Counted from the stretch's first letter, positions 30,974 through 40,800 are shown. The stretch: 64,000 nt of DNA from Candidatus Thalassarchaeum betae (GCA_022447095.1 JAKUUP010000001.1:8934-72933), one strand, 5' to 3'. The notes: generated from the sequence alone by a model not told the origin. Numbers and translations: made by a program.

Positions 30974-32167
30974 ATGGTCGGTCACGTCGACCACGGTAAG
31001 ACTACCCTTACTCAGGCTCTTTCCGGAGTCTGGACAGACACTCACTCCGAGGAGAGGAAGAGGGGCATTAGCATCAAACTGGGGTATGCGGACACAGCAT
31101 TCTACAAGACCGTTGACGGAAGGTTCTACGCCAAGGGCAAGCACCCCGAAGACAGGGATGATTCAGACGGTGAACTGCTTCGCGTGGTATCCTTCGTCGA
31201 CGCCCCGGGTCACGAGACTTTGATGGCGGTGATGATCTCTGGAGCCTCGATAATGGACGGTGCCATGCTGCTCATCGCGGCTACCGAGAAGTGCCCTCAG
31301 CCTCAGACTCGCGAACATCTGGCCGCGTTGCAGATTGCCGGTATCGAGAACATCGTAGTAGTGCAGAACAAAATCGACATCGTGACTCGCGAGAGAGCCG
31401 TGGAGTCTTATGGCGAAATCAAGGAATTTCTCAGTGGGACGATAGCCGAGGGTGCCCCGATCATCCCGGTCTCAGCCCACCACGATGTCAACCTCGACAT
31501 CCTGATCCAAGCGATCGAGGATGTAATCCCGACGCCTGACCGCTCCTCTGACGAGACTGGTTTGATGTACGTAGCGCGCTCGTTCGACACCAATCGTCCG
31601 GGTTCGAGACCCGTTGAACTACAGGGTGGCATCATCGGAGGAAGCATAGTCGAGGGTTCGTTCAGAATCGGCGACTCGATCCTAATCGCTCCAGGGCGCA
31701 GGGTGCAAGGAGACGACGGTTGGGAACCAATCCGTACTACTATCGAGAGCGTCAAGGGTGGTGGGATCGACCTTGAATCGGTCCACGCAGGGGGGCTTTG
31801 CGGCATCGCCACTCCGATGGATCCAGTCTCGACCAAAGCTGACGAGCTCTCTGGGCAAGTGATGGCTCGTGAAGGAGAATTACCTCCTGTATGGAGGGAT
31901 TTGGATTTGAATCTAGAACTTCTGGATAACATGGTCTCAGGAGGCGGGGACTCGCCGGAGAAGATCAGGCCCCTACAGCCCAACGAGATGCTGATGGTTA
32001 ACTCGGCCACTGCAACTAGCGTGGGCACTGTATCATCAATCAAGGGCAGTAAGGCGACTCTGCAACTGCGTCTGCCAATCTGTGCTAAGTCCGGCAGCAG
32101 AATCACTCTCTCACGACGCGTCGGCTCCCGCTGGAGACTCATCGGACATGGCTCGATATCAGGGTGA
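30974..32167 (+). CDS. eif2g: Translation initiation factor aIF2 gamma subunit (annotated from the first in-frame ATG; the true N-terminus probably lies upstream, see findings)
   Basis: GHVDHGKTTL (G1), DAPGHE (G3), QNKID (G4), SAHH. Conserved RQPEVNIG is encoded in frame just upstream of this ATG. Confidence 0.9.
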   Translation: MVGHVDHGKTTLTQALSGVWTDTHSEERKRGISIKLGYADTAFYKTVDGRFYAKGKHPEDRDDSDGELLRVVSFVDAPGHETLMAVMISGASIMDGAMLLIAATEKCPQPQTREHLAALQIAGIENIVVVQNKIDIVTRERAVESYGEIKEFLSGTIAEGAPIIPVSAHHDVNLDILIQAIEDVIPTPDRSSDETGLMYVARSFDTNRPGSRPVELQGGIIGGSIVEGSFRIGDSILIAPGRRVQGDDGWEPIRTTIESVKGGGIDLESVHAGGLCGIATPMDPVSTKADELSGQVMAREGELPPVWRDLDLNLELLDNMVSGGGDSPEKIRPLQPNEMLMVNSATATSVGTVSSIKGSKATLQLRLPICAKSGSRITLSRRVGSRWRLIGHGSISG

Positions 32168-32171
32168 TTAG

Positions 32172-32540
32172 ATGGTCAGCGTCCTAGTCGACGCATGCGG
32201 ATGGGTCGCGATGATGGACGCTGGATTGAACCTAGACGAAGCGATGAAGAACGTCGTCGGCAAGGCCGATCTCCTTGTCCTAGATAGCGTTCAGAATGAA
32301 CTTGAACTGCTGTCGCAGCGGAGGAAGGGGCTTCTGCTAGAACTCCTTGTGAATCGGTCCGACAGGGTTCCGGACATCGAAGGGATGAGCCATCCGGACG
32401 AAATGCTCGTTCAGATGTCAACTGCTAACGGGTGGCCGGTGCTGACTGTAGATCGTCAGTTGAAAGAGCGGCTGATAGGTTCTGGGGGCTCATACATCGA
32501 AGTCACTTCGGGACGTTCCCTGCGACTGTTCGGCGCCTAG
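32172..32540 (+). CDS. PIN-domain protein
   Basis: VLVDACGWVAMMD… (first acidic PIN residue), …LDSVQNEL…, …TVDRQLKERL. Its position after eif2g is common in archaea. Confidence 0.5.
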   Translation: MVSVLVDACGWVAMMDAGLNLDEAMKNVVGKADLLVLDSVQNELELLSQRRKGLLLELLVNRSDRVPDIEGMSHPDEMLVQMSTANGWPVLTVDRQLKERLIGSGGSYIEVTSGRSLRLFGA

Positions 32541-32830
32541 GGCAGAGTGAATAGCCGGTCGTCGCCGTGGCCGTTCAGAAGGCCGATTCGAACCGCGGCG
32601 TCGAGCCATGCATGAGAGTAATTGATGGCCCCGAAGGCGCGGAGAAGATCGCCTGACTCCATAAAATGACGAGCATCGGCAGCATAGTCATCACACATCC
32701 TCATCATGGTTTCCAGGCGCGCTTCGTCCTCACTACCCTGCGCGCATGGTGTGGCTTTTGCTCTGGCCTCACTAGTCAGAGCGAGGTACTCTTCGACCTT
32801 CTCCTTAGTCACTATGGCATCGTCGGACAT
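32537..32830 (-). CDS. DUF357-family protein
   Basis: …YAADARHFMESGDLLRAFGAINYSHAWLDAAVRIGL… matches the DUF357 pattern as I recall it. Confidence 0.45.
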   Translation of the reverse strand: MSDDAIVTKEKVEEYLALTSEARAKATPCAQGSEDEARLETMMRMCDDYAADARHFMESGDLLRAFGAINYSHAWLDAAVRIGLLNGHGDDRLFTLP

Positions 32831-32838
32831 CAGAGCAC

Positions 32839-34596
32839 CTACGCCGGTTTGAATTCCAGTGATGCCTCGTGGCTGAGTTTGAACAGCCTCGTTCTACCCT
32901 GCTTGCGCACCGAAAGCAGCCCCGCCTTGCGCAAACTGTTGTAGATCTGAGACAGTCGGGGTCGACCCACTTCTAGAAGCGCCTGTAACTCGGAGTCGGA
33001 TGGTGAAATCTCGCGCTTTCCCGCCGCAGACAGGATCAATCGCTCAGCGTCCGACAGGCTTGCTGAGCGAGTGCGGTCCAGTGGCTCGTCATCGTCCCAC
33101 TTAGGCCCCATAGTAATCGGTATCTTGGGCGGCACCGGTGTGGGCTCGGGCTCAGCGAAAACAGATTCCAACTCGGCCGGGGGAGGAGGGATGTGTTCGA
33201 TATCAAACACTGGTGCGAGGGGTTCCTCCTGCTCTGCATCTAAGTCGGGCAGCGACGATCCTAGGCTGGGGTCCATCGTCCAAAGAGCGCCTTCATCAGT
33301 CATCACAGGCATCTCCTCGGGCGAACTGATCGAGATGTCGGGTTTGGCTTCGGTGACAAAAGCAGGCAGTGGTTCTGGCTTAGGAGGTGCCTTGAGGGGG
33401 ATAGGTGGAAGGTGAGGTCTCTTCTCAGCATAGGTGATTGGGGTATTGTCAGGACCCTCTGGCATAGAATCACTGACTCTGACTGACCTGTTTAGAAGCC
33501 CGCCAAATCCGCGTACTTGCGGCTGCTCAGGTGGCTCAGTACCCTCCTGCATGAGAACAAATGAGTCCAGAGTATCCTGGTCGCCCTGTGTGACAATGGT
33601 TTCCTCGTCCTCAGACTCCTCGCCCCACATGTCGTCCGGTTCAGGGAGTTCCTCCTCCCAAGACTCTTCAATATCTTCCTCTGGCTCGGCCTCGTCTTCC
33701 CACATGTCGTCCGGTTCGTTGTCCCAATCATCTTCTTCAGCGGATGGTTCTGTTTCGGGCTCTGGGATTTCCTCAACCTCTAGCGGGGCGGTTGGGGGCT
33801 CATCCTCATCTATGACTGTCGGCTTCTGCCACCCCATCAGTCGCTGGAGTGTGCCTTTGGAGCCTGTATCACGCCTCTCGTCGACGAGATCTCGGAGCAA
33901 GCGGACTACTTCTCGTGGATTTCCCCCGGTATTACTGTGGATTGCCCTGAGAAGTTCAGATTTGATGTTCCATCTCTCTCTTGCCTTCCTGCGTACCAGA
34001 TTATCGCTCATTTTCTGTATCTGGGGGGCAGAAAGGCCGCTCAGGTATTCAGGAGGGTCGAATATATCGAGAGTTTCTTCGTCTAGAGAAGTCAACTGAG
34101 CGGGTGTTAGGGTGACTACTACCAGTGCCCTGAGTCGCTGCAACAGCGGTGCCATTCGCATCAGGAAATCATTGATTTGGACATTGGAGGGATAGTCTAG
34201 GGCAATCAGAGGGAGAGTGCCTGTCCCTTGCTCAAGAGTCTCGATAAGTTGCTCGCATAGCTGTCCCATCGAAGGAGGGACTTCGTATCCAAGGAAATGA
34301 ATGGCAATCTCATGCATTACCGCATTCACCGGATCGTCTTCCGGCCAGTACTGACCGACGAACTTCTTGTTCACCTGGGAAGACAGCGCGTTAATCAGAG
34401 ATGTCCGGCCGCTTCCCCTCTCACCTACCAGAAAAATCAACCGAGGAGATTCGGAGATGGCGTGCTCGCGCAATCTGGTGAGCGTGGAGTCGCGTCCGAC
34501 TATGTCCTGAGCGCGCAACGACTCGATTGGCCGGAGTTCGAACGGGTTTCCCCTCAAGGGAGGTAGGTCAAGCAGCGAAATCTCTGCTACGTCCAT
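32839..34596 (-). CDS. Orc1/Cdc6-like AAA+ protein with degenerate Walker A, long acidic/Pro-rich linker and C-terminal winged-helix domain
   Basis: IVGRDSTLTRL, GERGSGRT (Arg in place of the P-loop Lys), LIALDY (Walker-B position), NTGGNPREVVRLLRDL (lid-like). Residues ~255-510 are low-complexity (DDMWEDEAEPEEDIEESWEE…, PPIPLKAPPKPEP…). C-terminal …RLSQIYNSLRKAGLLSVRKQGRTRLFKL (wHTH). Confidence 0.5.
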   Translation of the reverse strand: MDVAEISLLDLPPLRGNPFELRPIESLRAQDIVGRDSTLTRLREHAISESPRLIFLVGERGSGRTSLINALSSQVNKKFVGQYWPEDDPVNAVMHEIAIHFLGYEVPPSMGQLCEQLIETLEQGTGTLPLIALDYPSNVQINDFLMRMAPLLQRLRALVVVTLTPAQLTSLDEETLDIFDPPEYLSGLSAPQIQKMSDNLVRRKARERWNIKSELLRAIHSNTGGNPREVVRLLRDLVDERRDTGSKGTLQRLMGWQKPTVIDEDEPPTAPLEVEEIPEPETEPSAEEDDWDNEPDDMWEDEAEPEEDIEESWEEELPEPDDMWGEESEDEETIVTQGDQDTLDSFVLMQEGTEPPEQPQVRGFGGLLNRSVRVSDSMPEGPDNTPITYAEKRPHLPPIPLKAPPKPEPLPAFVTEAKPDISISSPEEMPVMTDEGALWTMDPSLGSSLPDLDAEQEEPLAPVFDIEHIPPPPAELESVFAEPEPTPVPPKIPITMGPKWDDDEPLDRTRSASLSDAERLILSAAGKREISPSDSELQALLEVGRPRLSQIYNSLRKAGLLSVRKQGRTRLFKLSHEASLEFKPA

Positions 34597-34864
34597 TGCT
34601 CAAGCAGTGGTTTTTCTCATTATTAATATTCACGCATCCTCACGCTTCACAGAGGGCGATTTAACGTGTTTGAGAGGTTCTCCGAGTGGCTTTACCAGGT
34701 GTTAATCCCCCCAGTGCATCGATTATGGAACAGTTACGTTAACGCGTTTCTAACGCATTATTGATACGTTAACGATGCGTTAATGGGCAAATTAACGCTT
34801 TTTCCTGGGTCATTTTGCGAGTTTCTCGGGCCCTCCATGAGAGGTTCAGGCATGAAATCACAAA
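34597..34864. promoter_or_regulatory. 268-bp AT-rich divergent intergenic region with an AT-rich tract (34607-34633) and clustered TTAACG-core repeats
   Basis: This is the longest spacer in the window. TTAACG occurs at 34661, 34739, 34769 and 34792, CGTTAA at 34778 and CTAACG at 34750. See the repeat feature and the findings. Confidence 0.45.
34735..34783. repeat. Direct repeat TACGTTAACG (34735-34744 and 34765-34774, exactly 30 bp apart); the second copy forms the perfect inverted repeat TTAACG-ATG-CGTTAA (34769-34783)
   Basis: Counted from both flanking start codons and cross-checked with ORF 34758 (-). Confidence 0.85.
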
Positions 34865-36199
34865 ATGTTAGAAGCCACGCTCGCCGGGCTTCAACTGATA
34901 CAGATGCCAGTAGACAGCAGTCGCCTCGAGGGATTCTACAAGCTCTCGGTTTCCGAACGTAGAGAGAAGTTGGCGGAGATCGCAGGCCTGACCCCGGAGC
35001 AAGTGGAAGCATGGTCCTCCTCCGGAGAGTTGTCTGATGACGCGGCGGACAGGATGATTGAGAATGTCGTCGGGACCTATTCTCTGCCCATCGGTATCGC
35101 GACGAACTTCGTCATAGACGGGGAGCACTACCTGATTCCTTTCGTCCTGGAGGAGCCTAGCGTCGTGGCAGCTGCCAGTAACATGGCAAAGCGCTGCCAT
35201 GTCAAAGGCGGATTCACGTCAAACAACGACGAGCCAGTGATGATTGGCCAGATCCAGATTGTCGGATGCGATGATCCAGAGGCTGCTAGAGGCTCAATTA
35301 TGGCTGCTAAGGCGGAATTAGTGGATTCTTGTAACGAAGTTGACCCAATTCTGGTGAAATTCGGTGGTGGTTGCAGAGATATTCAGGCTAGAATCATAGA
35401 AACTGAGTCAGGATCCATGGTAATCGTCCATATCCTCGTCGACTGCAGGGATGCGATGGGTGCAAATGCTGTCAATACGATGGCCGAGACGATAGCCCCG
35501 AAGGTAGAGGAGATGACGGGAGGGACGGTCATATTGCGCATAATCAGCAACCTCGCTGTTCACAGACTTGCGCGCGTGAGCGCAGTCTTCACCCCGGCCG
35601 AAATGGTGAACAGCGGTGACGTCGGACAAGGCTCAGATGTCATCGACGGTGTTCTGCAAGCCTATCACTTCGCCAAAGCCGACCCGTTTCGCGCTACTAC
35701 TCATAACAAAGGAATAATGAATGCGATTTCACCCATAGCTATCGCCTGCGGGCAGGATTGGAGGGCTATCGAATCCGGTGCCCACAGTTTTGCCGCGCAC
35801 GATAGGATCTACGGTTCATTGACTCATTGGGAGAAGGACTCCGAAGGCAATCTGGTTGGCTCGATTGAGTTGCCAATGGCAGTGGGACTCGTGGGCGGGG
35901 CAGTTCGCGTGCATCCAGCAGCGCAGGCCAATGTTGCCCTATTGGGCATCTCATCGGCAGATGACCTTGCGAAAGTCATGGCCGCTGCCGGCCTGGCTCA
36001 GAACCTTGGTGCCCTGCGCGCTCTCGCCACCGTGGGCATCCAAGCTGGCCACATGAAACTCCACGTGCGCAACATGGCAGTCACGGCGGGGGCCGATGGA
36101 GAAGAGGTCGACATCGTCGCAGCAAGGATGCGAGCTCATGATGGCAGAATAACCCAGAAGGCGGTAGAAGAGGAGCTTGAGAAACTCAGGTCGGAGTGA
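34865..36199 (+). CDS. hmgA: Hydroxymethylglutaryl-CoA reductase (class II-like sequence pattern)
   Basis: ENVVGTYSLPIGIATNF, EEPSVVAAASNMAK, DAMGANAVNTMAE, MAVGLVGGA. Confidence 0.85.
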   Translation: MLEATLAGLQLIQMPVDSSRLEGFYKLSVSERREKLAEIAGLTPEQVEAWSSSGELSDDAADRMIENVVGTYSLPIGIATNFVIDGEHYLIPFVLEEPSVVAAASNMAKRCHVKGGFTSNNDEPVMIGQIQIVGCDDPEAARGSIMAAKAELVDSCNEVDPILVKFGGGCRDIQARIIETESGSMVIVHILVDCRDAMGANAVNTMAETIAPKVEEMTGGTVILRIISNLAVHRLARVSAVFTPAEMVNSGDVGQGSDVIDGVLQAYHFAKADPFRATTHNKGIMNAISPIAIACGQDWRAIESGAHSFAAHDRIYGSLTHWEKDSEGNLVGSIELPMAVGLVGGAVRVHPAAQANVALLGISSADDLAKVMAAAGLAQNLGALRALATVGIQAGHMKLHVRNMAVTAGADGEEVDIVAARMRAHDGRITQKAVEEELEKLRSE

Positions 36200-36823
36200 C
36201 TACTCCTCGGCTTCGAGGGTTTCGCTCTCCGCTACTTCCTCATCGGAGAATTCGCTAATCGTCAACTGCTCATCCGGTGCCAGCGAAGCGGCCAACTGAG
36301 CACTGGTCAGACCCATCTTAGCAGCCTCCTCCCTGAACCAGGTGCGGACCTTGCGATACTCGACTTCGGGACAGCCGAAGTACTCTGCGAAGCGGCGTGT
36401 GGTGGTCAGTCTGCGGGTCAATCCGTCTCGCCGGCGGTCAATGAGACCAGTTCGGGCCAAGTCGCGGACGTGATCGTACGCCCTCTGACCGAGCATGTCG
36501 ACCAATTGAGACTGAGCCATAGGCTGGTGATATGCTATGAGGGCGGCTGCGGGGAGTAGACGCTGAGGGATGTCGGCCCTGAACGACTCCGGCAGATGAG
36601 GTGAGAGGGAGGGGCGGACTTCGAATATCCAGCGTCCCGCTACGTCGCTCAACTGGAGTGCGGAGTCGCGTCGCCTGCGAATAGTCGCTTGTAGGTCCTG
36701 CAGTGCGGATTGGACTTCGGTCTGTGATTTCTCTAGCAACTCAGCCAGTTCCTCCACGGACATCGAGCGCCCGGCACCAAACAGTATGGCTTCGAGAACG
36801 GTTGGTAAATGTACATCAGACAT
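36200..36823 (-). CDS. scpB: Segregation and condensation protein B
   Basis: LEAILFGAGRSMSVEELAELL…, tandem wHTH pattern, 8-nt overlap with scpA. Confidence 0.8.
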   Translation of the reverse strand: MSDVHLPTVLEAILFGAGRSMSVEELAELLEKSQTEVQSALQDLQATIRRRRDSALQLSDVAGRWIFEVRPSLSPHLPESFRADIPQRLLPAAALIAYHQPMAQSQLVDMLGQRAYDHVRDLARTGLIDRRRDGLTRRLTTTRRFAEYFGCPEVEYRKVRTWFREEAAKMGLTSAQLAASLAPDEQLTISEFSDEEVAESETLEAEE

Positions 36824-37826
36824 CGGCGAAACCCTCCATGTTCAACGTCTTGGGGTTGAGTCTCTCTGTCAGAGCAGTGAAGTCGTCATCGTTCTTCCAG
36901 AGATCCTTCAGGAGAATCTTGCCATTGCGGCCCTTCTCTTGAGTGAGATTAGCATAGCCGCGGTGCGTCAGAAACAATGCTGAGACTAGGGCGGTGACTT
37001 GGGCCTCCGCCTCCGCCTCATCGTGATTGAGTCCAGACTCAATCGATTTTTTCGTCATCTCATCAACGAGTGTTCTCAGTTCCACGGGCTTTCCACTACT
37101 CTCGGAACGTGCCCTCAGAGCCTCCCATGTCCTACGGAGGTCCCCCTCAAGATCCTCGACGTGTAGACTGCCGCTGAATCTCTCCCTCGCACGGGTGTGT
37201 GCCTCGCGGCGCTCCTTGGCTATCTGCTCGCGAAGGCGCTGCTCTTCTGCTAGCCTGCCTGCAGCCTGAAGTCCCATGAGAAGTTCGCCCAGAGTTACTG
37301 GTCGGCTCTCGTCACGGTGGATCCTGCCCTCAAACATCTGAGGCAGCACCTCGTCAGCAGCCCCGGTGAGGACCCCCACTGAGAAGTTGTAGTCGGCGTC
37401 GTCGAAATCAGCTTCCCAGCCGCCATCGAAGTCCCATATCTCCTCCTCTTCGTAGTCGAAGGCACGCTCCTGTCGCTCCATCAATGTGGATGCCTGTCCG
37501 CGCAGAATGCACCATGCCATTCGGACGAGCCTGCCGCAGGTCGGTAGGTCTATGTTCTCGGACTTCTTGATTCTCTCATTGAACATCTCAAGGAAACTCG
37601 AAAGGTCGACGTCCCAGGGGTCGAGGTCGCTCGATTGGAAGAGTTGGAAGACAAGTGCGACCGAGCGGTCGAAGGGGTCGATGAGGAACTGGTGCTCGGC
37701 CTCCTCTAAAGTAGCGAGTTCGACCAGTCTGTCCAAATAGCGACTCGTCTCAAGATCAGCCTCACCGCCAAGCAATCGCACCACTATATCGTCGCGCATC
37801 GCCTGCCCGTCGAACACAGCCATCAC
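36816..37826 (-). CDS. scpA: Segregation and condensation protein A (kleisin)
   Basis: Sits between smc and scpB with 4-nt and 8-nt overlaps. F-x-GPLDLL-like N-terminal region (…DPFDRSVALVFQLF…DLDPWDVDLS…). Confidence 0.7.
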   Translation of the reverse strand: MMAVFDGQAMRDDIVVRLLGGEADLETSRYLDRLVELATLEEAEHQFLIDPFDRSVALVFQLFQSSDLDPWDVDLSSFLEMFNERIKKSENIDLPTCGRLVRMAWCILRGQASTLMERQERAFDYEEEEIWDFDGGWEADFDDADYNFSVGVLTGAADEVLPQMFEGRIHRDESRPVTLGELLMGLQAAGRLAEEQRLREQIAKERREAHTRARERFSGSLHVEDLEGDLRRTWEALRARSESSGKPVELRTLVDEMTKKSIESGLNHDEAEAEAQVTALVSALFLTHRGYANLTQEKGRNGKILLKDLWKNDDDFTALTERLNPKTLNMEGFADV

Positions 37827-40800
37827 TCAGCCTCCTTCTGCTCGGCTTCGGACTCAGCAACAGCAGACTCCTCTGAGGTCTGCTCGATTGTCTCGCGCTC
37901 TTCCATGTCCTCGGTCCAATCCTCGGTTCGGTCACGGAGTGACTCTAGGGTGCCACCGTCGGCTTCAATCTCCTCGTCCGCATCGCCTTCGACGACTTCC
38001 ACTCCGGCTCGCTCGGCTATGCCTCCGAGGCTCTTGGGTGTGCCGAGAGGCTCGGGAGTTCGGAGCATGCCCTCTGGATCGGGCAACTCCGGCATTGCTT
38101 CGCGCTCGACCTTGGCCTCAGCCTGGGCCTTCTCCTCCGCCTCTATCTCCTCGCTCATCTCAAGGGCAGCAGCCCTGTCGAAGTCTGTGATCAGGCGGCT
38201 GCATCCATCGCCGGCATGGGTGATTCCAACGTGGTGGTCAGCGAGAGTAAGGCTGACCTTCCTCAGAGTGACCATCAGGAACTGGGCTCGCTGACTGCGC
38301 ATCCTGCACAGGGCCGCAATTCGCTCTGCGTTGAACGGGTCGAGATTCTGGTCGACTTCGTCGAGATAGTAGAACGGACTCGGTTCGTAGTCTTGTATGG
38401 CGAAGATGAGGGCGAGGGCGGCCATCGACTTCTCGCCGCCGGAAAGCATGCTCCTCTTGGTGTGCTTGCTCTTGCCGGGAGGGACGCAATCCATCTCCAA
38501 CCCTCCCTCGAAGGGTTTCTTCGGATTCTCCATCCGGAGGCGGCCGCTCCCCAAGGGCTGCAGTTGCTCGTAGACCCTTCCGAAGTTGTTGCTCACGTGC
38601 TCAAAGACAGTCATCAGGCGAGTTCGGCGCTCGTCCTCCAACTGCTCCGCTATGGATACCAGTTGGGTGCGTCGGTCACGGAGCAGATTTCCGTCCTCAA
38701 CGAGGCCGGCGATTCGCTCGACAGCGGTGTCGTAGTGCTCGATGGCGAGCATGTTGACATCGCCGAGATGACCGAGGCGGCGCTCAAGCCCCTGCACGCT
38801 CTTCTCCGCCTCGGCCACAGTCGGCAGTTGCACATCCGACGATGGAATGGAGACCTCAGCGGCCTCTAATTCGACCTCGATCTCATCCACCGCCTCGCGC
38901 TTCTGCTGGATTTGTATGTTCAGTTCTTCTATGCGAGCTTTCAGGGTCTCCCTCTTCTGAGAGAGAATCTCTACCGAGGCGCGCAGACTGGCCCGCTCCT
39001 CTATGATCTCTTCTCGACGGTCCTGGAGTGCGTTCTGCTCCTCGTTGAACTGGGAGGCCTGCTCCTTGAGGTCGACGAGTTTAGTCTCGGCCTCGTTCAT
39101 GTCTTCCTCTAATTTTGTGATGGCTGCTTCGGCCTCTGAGATGAGTCTTTGTTTCTTGTCGATCTGTCGCTGGATCTCCTTAACTCGGGCCGCTAGTATC
39201 GCTGTGCGCTCGTTGCCGCTGGAAATCGCTGCCTCAGAGGCGAGTCTCGTTCGCTCGGCCTCAGTCATGGTGCGCTCAGCGACACGTAACTTCTGAGATA
39301 GGTGGTCTGGTGCGTGATCCTGCAAGTCCTGCGCGGCTGCAGATCTCTTTGATACAGTCCGTTCATAGGCCTCCCTAGCCTCGTCTGCATCAGCCCTCAG
39401 TTCGGCTTCCGCGGAGTCGCATCCTTCGAACTCCTTGGTCGCATCGACGACCTTCTTGCGAATCTCTTGAACACCCTTCTGCGCTCGCTCAAGATCCGCC
39501 TTCCAGTTACGCACTCGTAGAGAGTGGTCACTGTCGTCTAGGCCGTGGATCCTGTCACGCAGTTTCTGCTGGTTCATCCGCACCTCCTTCAGTGCGGCCT
39601 CGACTGTGGAGTGGACTAAGTTGGCTTCTTCGACAGCTGCCTCTAGCCTGTCGAGACTGGAAGATATCGAGCCGCCTCCGAAGGCATTGCGGTTAGTCCT
39701 AGAGGCTGAGCCGCCGGTCATGGCGCCGGAACTCTCGATGACTGAGCCGTCGAGGGTGACTAATCGGACCCCTCCCATGTTGCGTCGGGCGGTGTCCATA
39801 GATTGGACGATGAGGGTGTTGCGGCCTGCGTATCTGACCGCGGTGTCAATCTCCGAGTCGTAGTCGAGCAGATCATGTGCGAAACCGATGACGCCTGGAT
39901 TGTTGGAGACTATCAGAGAACGGCCTTGGGGTCGACCGATACTGAGCTTGCTCAAGGGCAGGAAGGTGGCCCTACCTCCTCCGTTCTTCCTCAACCACGA
40001 GATGCATTTGGCAGCGACATCGTCATCAGTGACTACGATACTCCTCAAGCCGCCTCCAAGTGCGTTGGATAGTGCCTCCTCGTGCACCGGGTCCTTGGGA
40101 GCAGTGAGCTCTCCCAAGGAGCCCATAATGCCGTGAATCTCGCCGCTCTGGCGAAGTCTGGTGAGTGCGGCTAGGGTGACTGCTGAACCAGGAGTGTTTG
40201 CTCGCTCCTCTTGACGGGCGCGGGCCTTGTTCAGTTCCCTCTCTGCATCTCGAACCTTGATCTCGTAGCGATCCCGATCCTCGGCCAGTTCCACCTCCTG
40301 CTTCTGTAGTCTGCGAAGCTCGCCGGCCAAGGAACCACGATCTGTCTGGGGCTCGTCGCTCTGCAGATCCTCGCCGACGAGTTCGAGGTCGTCGCGGACG
40401 ATTGTAGCCTCCTCAAACTCTCCTTCGAGATCGGCGAGATTGCTTGAAGCGATTTGAGCAGTCTGCTCCGCTCGGTCAGCCTGAAGCCTAACTTGGGAAT
40501 GGGTGGAATGTGCTTTGTCGACCGCTTCTGTGGCCTTACCGAGGATGCGTTTCAAATCGCGTCCGTGCTTATCCCCTGACTCGATGGCATCACGGGCGCT
40601 CTCCTCGTCTTTGGCTGCCTGCTTGAGTGACTGGTTGGCAGACACAAGAGCTTCGCTGGCATCCTTGAGAGAGCCTTCGGCGTCTACGCGGGCCTTTTCA
40701 GCCCGTTCGAGTTCGCCCCCGAACTCCTCTATCTCTCCCTCAGCAGTCTCGATGATTCGCCGCTGGTCGCCTATCCTGTCGCCACCTGTCTCGATATCGA

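Noticed and set aside
33434-34099. 221-aa Ser-rich ORF on the plus strand.
   Set aside because: It is the antisense reading of the acidic (GAx-codon-rich) linker of ORF 32839-34596. The poly-Ser composition is a mirror artefact.
34661-34797. CRISPR-like array.
   Set aside because: The repeats are only 6-10 nt with irregular orientation and spacing, and there are no cas genes. This is not a CRISPR.
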